Source: Vicinamibacterales bacterium
Lineage (GTDB): Bacteria; Acidobacteriota; Vicinamibacteria; Vicinamibacterales; JAMQPK01
DNA: 64,000 bases
Assembly (NCBI GenBank): GCA_963832375.1
Contig: CAWHUA010000008.1
Location: 1,008,133 to 1,072,132 of the forward strand
Direction of reading: 5' to 3'
Positions 59,085 through 64,000 of this stretch are shown piece after piece; position 1 is the stretch's first letter; the number at the start of each line of letters is the position of its first letter. The position numbers and the translations under genes were made by a program. Below the pieces are notes generated by a model that worked only from the letters and a program-made list of their open reading frames with translations, searched no databases and was not told where the DNA came from.

Positions 59085-59517
59085 AGTACGCAATCAGCCT
59101 TCCCGCCGAGATCGCGGCCATCCACGCGAGGAGCGAGATGCCGCCAACGAGCGCCAGTCGCCAATTCTCCTCGCGCGAGAGATCGCGCTGCCCCATCGCC
59201 TGCCACGCCGGCGATGTTCGAACGGCCGCCGCGTTGGCGATGCCCACGGCAATCGCGGCAAACTTGATGAACAGAAATGGATTGTCGACGTACTCTGTCG
59301 CCTGCGTGACAAAGAGTGCCACGCCCGTCAGCACGGCAAGACACACGCCGACCACCGCGACAGGGACGGTGATTCTCGTGACCGACGTCAGCGGCACGGT
59401 GCGCCACACACCCAGGAGCCGAAGGTCGAGGATGACCGTCGCGCCGAAGAGCGCGCCGATGGCAAAGACGTGAAGCAGGTTGACGGCCGGGTACGTCCAG
59501 AGGCTGGACGTCCGCAT
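59080..59517 (-). CDS. DUF6644-like membrane protein (start may lie slightly upstream)
   Basis: YPAVNLLHV, DLRLLG, NPFLFIK, GRLIAY. Confidence 0.8.
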   Translation of the reverse strand: MRTSSLWTYPAVNLLHVFAIGALFGATVILDLRLLGVWRTVPLTSVTRITVPVAVVGVCLAVLTGVALFVTQATEYVDNPFLFIKFAAIAVGIANAAAVRTSPAWQAMGQRDLSREENWRLALVGGISLLAWMAAISAGRLIAYW

Positions 59518-59572
59518 GAACTCGCCAAGCGCAGAGTGCTCGGCCCAATGAAACGCGTCCCGCAGCTCGCGC

Positions 59573-59944
59573 CTACTTTCGATCCGGATAGACGTTGTAC
59601 GTCTTGCCGTTGTACATGACGCGCTCGGTCTTCACTTCGAACCGCTTCGCATCGCGATGGCGATGACCGTGGATCGTCACCTTGGCGCCGAGGGGAATGG
59701 TCGTGGCGTGCAGCCCCGAGCCCTCAACGCGTGGCGGCGGAGCCAGGGTGATGTCCCACACCTGCCCGTCCGCTGCCTTGATTTGCATCGTGCCGTGAGG
59801 CCCGGCCAGCTTCACCGGCGTCTCCACCGTCCCGGTGATTTCGAACTCCTGGTCCGAATATCCGGCCCATCCATGATGTGCCACTATCGGCACTCCCGCT
59901 ATCATGACGAGCATCAGCAACGCGGCGAGATTTCTCATGTGCAC
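59573..59944 (-). CDS. DUF6152-like secreted protein
   Basis: AHHGWAGY, ITGTV, GPHG. Confidence 0.8.
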   Translation of the reverse strand: MHMRNLAALLMLVMIAGVPIVAHHGWAGYSDQEFEITGTVETPVKLAGPHGTMQIKAADGQVWDITLAPPPRVEGSGLHATTIPLGAKVTIHGHRHRDAKRFEVKTERVMYNGKTYNVYPDRK

Positions 59945-59989
59945 CTCACAGCCCTAGGTTAGCATCTTCGTCTCAACCATGAGGCCCTG

Positions 59990-61582
59990 ATGTCGAATCC
60001 GACCAGACGCGATTTCATCGGCACCACAGCGGCCGCAGCGGCCGCGCTCGTCTCCACCCGGATGGGCGGGCGCGCGGCGGCGCAGGCGGTTGCCGCGCCC
60101 GCGGCCGATCCCCTCGCCGTCGAGCTCGCCAACGAAGCGCTGAACGTCGTTCGCGGCGCAGGCGCCACATACGCCGACGCGCGAGTCGGGCGCTACCGGC
60201 GGCAGACCATTCAGACTCGCGAGCGCCAGGTGAGCGGCGTCTCAGACGAGGAATCGTACGGTCTGGGCGTGCGCGCGCTCGTCAACGGGTGCTGGGGGTT
60301 TGCCGCCACCAGCACGATGACCCGCGCCGGCGTGCAGAAGGCCGCTCAGGACGCCGTCGCCATTGCGCGCGCCGCACGGGCGGTGCAGCGCCACCCTGTC
60401 GAGCTTGCACCCACGGCGCCCGTCACTGGCACGTGGATGACACCCGTCAAGCGCGATCCGCTCGAGGTGCCGCTCGAGGAGAAGATCGCCCTGCTCATCA
60501 AAGCCAACGAAGCCGCCCTCCGGGTGAAAGGCGTCCGCTTTGTCACGTCCGGGTTCCAGTTGCTGCGCGAGGTGAAGACGCTCGTCACCTCGGAAGGCAC
60601 CAACGTCACGCAGACGTTCATCCGCGTCGGTCCGTCTTTCAGCGCCACCGCCACCGCACCGGGAGATTTCCAGACCTACGAGCACGAAACGGCGCCACGG
60701 GGACAGGGCTGGGAATACGTCGAGTCGCTCGACATTCCGGGCAACGCCGAGCGCTGGGCGTCGATCGCGGCCGAGAAGCTCACGGCGAAGAGCGTCGAGG
60801 CCGGTCAATACGATCTGGTACTCGACCCGACCAACCTCTGGCTGACGATTCACGAATCGATCGGCCACCCGACAGAGCTGGACCGGGCGATCGGCCAGGA
60901 GGCCAACTATGCTGGCACCAGCTTCGTTGCGCCGCCGGACAAAACGATTGGCAAGCTGCGCTACGGGCCGGAGTTCATGAACGTCCAGGCGGACCGGACG
61001 CAGGAAGGCTCGCTCTCACGCGTGGCATGGGACGACGAGGGTGTGCCCGCCGACCAGTGGCTGATCGTCGAGAAGGGCATCTTCAAGGACTATCAGACCA
61101 CGCGCGAGCAGGCGAAGTGGATCGAGCACCTGACGGGCGTCCGGCGCTCGCACGGGTGTTCGTTCGCCCAGTCGTGGAACGACGTGCAGTTCCAGCGGAT
61201 GCCGAACATCTCGCTGCTTCCCGGCGAGCGCGACATCACGCTCGACGACATCGTCGCGGCCACCGACCGCGGCATCGTCATCAAGAACCGCGGGTCGTGG
61301 TCGATCGACAACCAACGCTACAACTTCCAGTTTTCAGGACAGGTGTACTACGAAGTGCGCAACGGCAAGATTGCCGGCATGTTGCGCGATGTCGCGTACC
61401 AGAGCAACACGCCGGTGTTCTGGAACGCGATGGACATGATCGGGGGCAAATCGTCGTACTGGCTGGGCGGTTCGTTCAACGACGGCAAGGGCGAACCGTC
61501 GCAGGTGAGCTCGGTCAGCCACGGATGTCCGCCGTGCCGGTTCCGCAACGTCACCATTCTCAACACGGGGCGCAAGTCATGA
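59990..61582 (+). CDS. tldD: TldD metalloprotease with Tat signal
   Basis: TRRDFIG; HESIGHPTELDR; QRMPNI; SHGCP. Confidence 0.93.
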   Translation: MSNPTRRDFIGTTAAAAAALVSTRMGGRAAAQAVAAPAADPLAVELANEALNVVRGAGATYADARVGRYRRQTIQTRERQVSGVSDEESYGLGVRALVNGCWGFAATSTMTRAGVQKAAQDAVAIARAARAVQRHPVELAPTAPVTGTWMTPVKRDPLEVPLEEKIALLIKANEAALRVKGVRFVTSGFQLLREVKTLVTSEGTNVTQTFIRVGPSFSATATAPGDFQTYEHETAPRGQGWEYVESLDIPGNAERWASIAAEKLTAKSVEAGQYDLVLDPTNLWLTIHESIGHPTELDRAIGQEANYAGTSFVAPPDKTIGKLRYGPEFMNVQADRTQEGSLSRVAWDDEGVPADQWLIVEKGIFKDYQTTREQAKWIEHLTGVRRSHGCSFAQSWNDVQFQRMPNISLLPGERDITLDDIVAATDRGIVIKNRGSWSIDNQRYNFQFSGQVYYEVRNGKIAGMLRDVAYQSNTPVFWNAMDMIGGKSSYWLGGSFNDGKGEPSQVSSVSHGCPPCRFRNVTILNTGRKS

Positions 61583-62922
61583 CGCGCGACGAAGCCAGAG
61601 CGCTCGCCGACCGCGTGCTGGCACTGAGCAAAGCGGCAGACGAGACCCGCGTGAACATCACCAGCGAATGGGGCGGCAATACGCGGTTTGCCGACGCCAG
61701 CATCACGACCTCTGGCGGCGTGACCAACGTCACCGTGACGGTAACAGCGACCGTCGGCCGAAAGCGTGCGGCCGCCTCCACCAACGTGCTGGACGAGGCG
61801 GCGCTGAAACGAACCGTCGATCTCGCGGCTCAGCTCGCGCGCCTCTCGCCAGACGATCCCGAGCTGATGCCCGAGCTCGGGCCGCAGAAGCATGTGGCGG
61901 TCAACGCCTACATCGAAGACACCGCGAACCTGAATCCGGTCGTACGAGCGGGCGCCGTCCAGCGCGCCGTTCAAGGGACTGGCGGCGGGCAGATTTTTTC
62001 CGCGGGGTTTCTCGACGTCCACGCCGTCGAAGTGGCCGTCGCCACGTCGAGAGGCCTGTTTGCCTATCACCGGACCACGGATGCGGATCTCTCGATGACG
62101 GCGCGGACGCCGGACGGCACCGGCAGCGGCTGGGCCAGCATCGGGTCGCGCGACTGGGGCGCCATCGATCCCACCGCGATCGGCCGCATGGCCGCGCAGA
62201 AAGCGACGGCCAGCCGCAACCCGCAGGTCATCGATGCCAGACCCTATACGGCCGTCCTGGAACCGCAGGCGGTCAACGATCTCGTCCCGCTGCTGTCAAA
62301 TGCGCTCAACGCGCGCAACGCCGATGAGGGCCGGAGTGCCTTCTCAAAAGCCGAAGGGGGCACACGCATCGGCGAGAAAGTCTGCGACGAGCGGGTGACG
62401 CTGTACACCGATCCAGCGGACCCGGATCTGCTCGGCGTCCCGTTCGACATCGAAGGACTCCCCATTCGCCGCACGGTGTGGATCGAGAAAGGCGTCCTGC
62501 GGAATCTGGCGTACTCGCGCTTCTGGGCGCAGAAGCAGAACGTCCAGCCGACCGGCGAAGACATCTACAGCGGCGCGTCGGTGTTTGCCGGCGCCGGCCT
62601 GAAGCTGACGGGCGGAACGAAATCCACAGAGGAGCTGATCGCGGGATGCGAGCACGGCGTGCTGGTGACGCACTTCTTCTACATCAGGTCGCTCGAGCCG
62701 CGAACGGTGCTCTTTACCGGGCTCACGCGCGATGGCGCGTTTCTGATTGAGAAAGGCAAGGTCACGCGCCCGGTGAAGAACCTGCGCTGGAACGAGAGCC
62801 CGCTGTTGATGCTGAACCGCCTTGAAGACATCGGCCGGTCCGAGGCCGTCGCGGCCGGCCGCCACATGCCCGCGCTGCGCATCCGCGACTTCAACTTCAC
62901 GTCGCTGTCCGACGCCGTGTGA
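61579..62922 (+). CDS. tldE: TldE/PmbA-family partner subunit
   Basis: ATGA overlap with tldD; NTRFA, PFDIEG, TGLTRDG, NLRWNES; no HExxH. Confidence 0.88.
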   Translation: MTRDEARALADRVLALSKAADETRVNITSEWGGNTRFADASITTSGGVTNVTVTVTATVGRKRAAASTNVLDEAALKRTVDLAAQLARLSPDDPELMPELGPQKHVAVNAYIEDTANLNPVVRAGAVQRAVQGTGGGQIFSAGFLDVHAVEVAVATSRGLFAYHRTTDADLSMTARTPDGTGSGWASIGSRDWGAIDPTAIGRMAAQKATASRNPQVIDARPYTAVLEPQAVNDLVPLLSNALNARNADEGRSAFSKAEGGTRIGEKVCDERVTLYTDPADPDLLGVPFDIEGLPIRRTVWIEKGVLRNLAYSRFWAQKQNVQPTGEDIYSGASVFAGAGLKLTGGTKSTEELIAGCEHGVLVTHFFYIRSLEPRTVLFTGLTRDGAFLIEKGKVTRPVKNLRWNESPLLMLNRLEDIGRSEAVAAGRHMPALRIRDFNFTSLSDAV

Positions 62923-63075
62923 CCACGACGACTCGACGATACGACGGCACGACGATACGACCACGAAGACACGGAACCGCGAAGACACGAAGGCACGAAC
63001 CACGACGACGCGACGGCACGAACCACGACGACGCGACGGCACGACGTTACCGGTAGCGCAGGGCTTCAGCCTTGC
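62923..63075 (+). repeat. 8/9-bp tandem repeats (CACGACGA/CACGAAGA) followed by a GTAG REP
   Basis: Repeat run 62923-63047; GTAGCGCAGGGCTTCAGCCTTGC at 63053-63075. Confidence 0.7.
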
Positions 63076-63124
63076 CTGTCACCTTTTCCGCGGTCGCGAC
63101 TCTAATGACTTCAGGAGTATCTTC

Positions 63125-63802
63125 ATGCACATGGTGAGCGGGACGGTGCTCGAGCGTTGGAGCGGCCTTACCGACGAAGACGTCGTTCTGCGCGTGCTTC
63201 AGGGTCAGACGGCGCTCTTCGAGGTATTGATGCGGCGCCACAACGAGCGGCTCTACCGCGCGGCACGCGCCATCCTGCGCGACGGGCGCGAGGCCGAAGA
63301 CGTGATGCAGCAGGCCTATGTGAATGCGTACGCACACCTGCGGCAGTTCGACGGGCGTTCGACCTTCGCCACATGGCTGACGCGGATTGCGATCAACGAA
63401 GCGATTACCCGCGCGAGGAAAGAGGGCCGGTACGAACGGCTCGAACGCGAGGAGCACGTGCTGGAGACCATCTCGTCGGGAAGCGCGGCGCCAGACCCGG
63501 AACGGCTCGCGTTCGCGCGCGAGCTCGCGGCGCTCGTCGAAGCCGCGGTCGACGAGCTTCCCGACGGATGCCGCGAGGTCTTCGTGCTCAGAGAAATCCA
63601 GGGCCTGAACACGTCAGAAACGGCCGACATACTCGGCGTGAGCGACGACGTGGTGAAAACACGGCTGTCGCGCGCAAAGGCGACGCTGCGGCGCGATCTT
63701 CTGGAGCGTGCCGGCCTGAGCGCGCCGCACACGTTTACGTTCCACCAGTTGCGGTGCGACCGTGTCGTCGCGGCGGTGTTCGGGCGAATCGATGGGAGCT
63801 AG
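63125..63802 (+). CDS. ECF RNA polymerase sigma factor
   Basis: EAEDVMQQAY, FATWLTRIAINEA, VKTRLSRAK, C-terminal RCDRVV. Confidence 0.92.
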   Translation: MHMVSGTVLERWSGLTDEDVVLRVLQGQTALFEVLMRRHNERLYRAARAILRDGREAEDVMQQAYVNAYAHLRQFDGRSTFATWLTRIAINEAITRARKEGRYERLEREEHVLETISSGSAAPDPERLAFARELAALVEAAVDELPDGCREVFVLREIQGLNTSETADILGVSDDVVKTRLSRAKATLRRDLLERAGLSAPHTFTFHQLRCDRVVAAVFGRIDGS

Positions 63803-64000
63803 CTAGGGCTGTTTTTTCGCGTCGTACAGGTGATTGAGCGACGGCATCGTGCTCTGCGTGAGCCGGCAGTTCAATCCTTCCGTGCCCCAGAACTGGGGCG
63901 AATGGAACGTCCCCGGGACGGCATACAGCACGTCGCCCTGTCTGGCCACGATGGCCGTCTTCTCGTCCCCTTCGAACACCCATCGCAGCTCGCCGAGCAT
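63803..64000 (-). CDS. C-terminal part of a cupin protein (5' end beyond window)
   Basis: VARQGDVLYAVPGTFH resembles the C-terminal cupin of 32545..33549. Confidence 0.7.
   Translation of the reverse strand: MLGELRWVFEGDEKTAIVARQGDVLYAVPGTFHSPQFWGTEGLNCRLTQSTMPSLNHLYDAKKQP

Overview
GC-rich bacterial chromosomal segment with about 65 CDS. I saw no rRNA, tRNA, CRISPR array, integrase or transposase. Gene content suggests Acidobacteriota, probably Vicinamibacterales-like (inference): a eukaryote-type Ser/Thr kinase with a TolB-like propeller, many Sec/Tat-exported NHL, cupin and MBL proteins, DUF1080, DUF6152/DUF6644-like genes, and TldD/E. Many conserved genes carry frameshifts, most densely at about 48.4-53.7 kb, which looks like uncorrected long-read error. 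The best candidate for an undescribed system is an orphan PilB/GspE-type ATPase whose c-di-GMP-binding MshEN N-terminus is replaced by a canonical cyclic-nucleotide (CRP-type) binding domain. It is translationally coupled to a deoxynucleoside-kinase-like P-loop protein and an M28 peptidase, and followed by a dynamin-like GTPase. Other notable items are an MtaD-CYTH fusion, a REC-PilZ gene behind a sigma54 promoter, three secreted bicupin paralogs, an internally deleted MBL paralog, a nested MITE, GTAG-type REPs, intergenic 7/8/9-mer inverted microsatellites and many apparently leaderless genes. All family assignments come from motif recognition by eye; no database searches were run.
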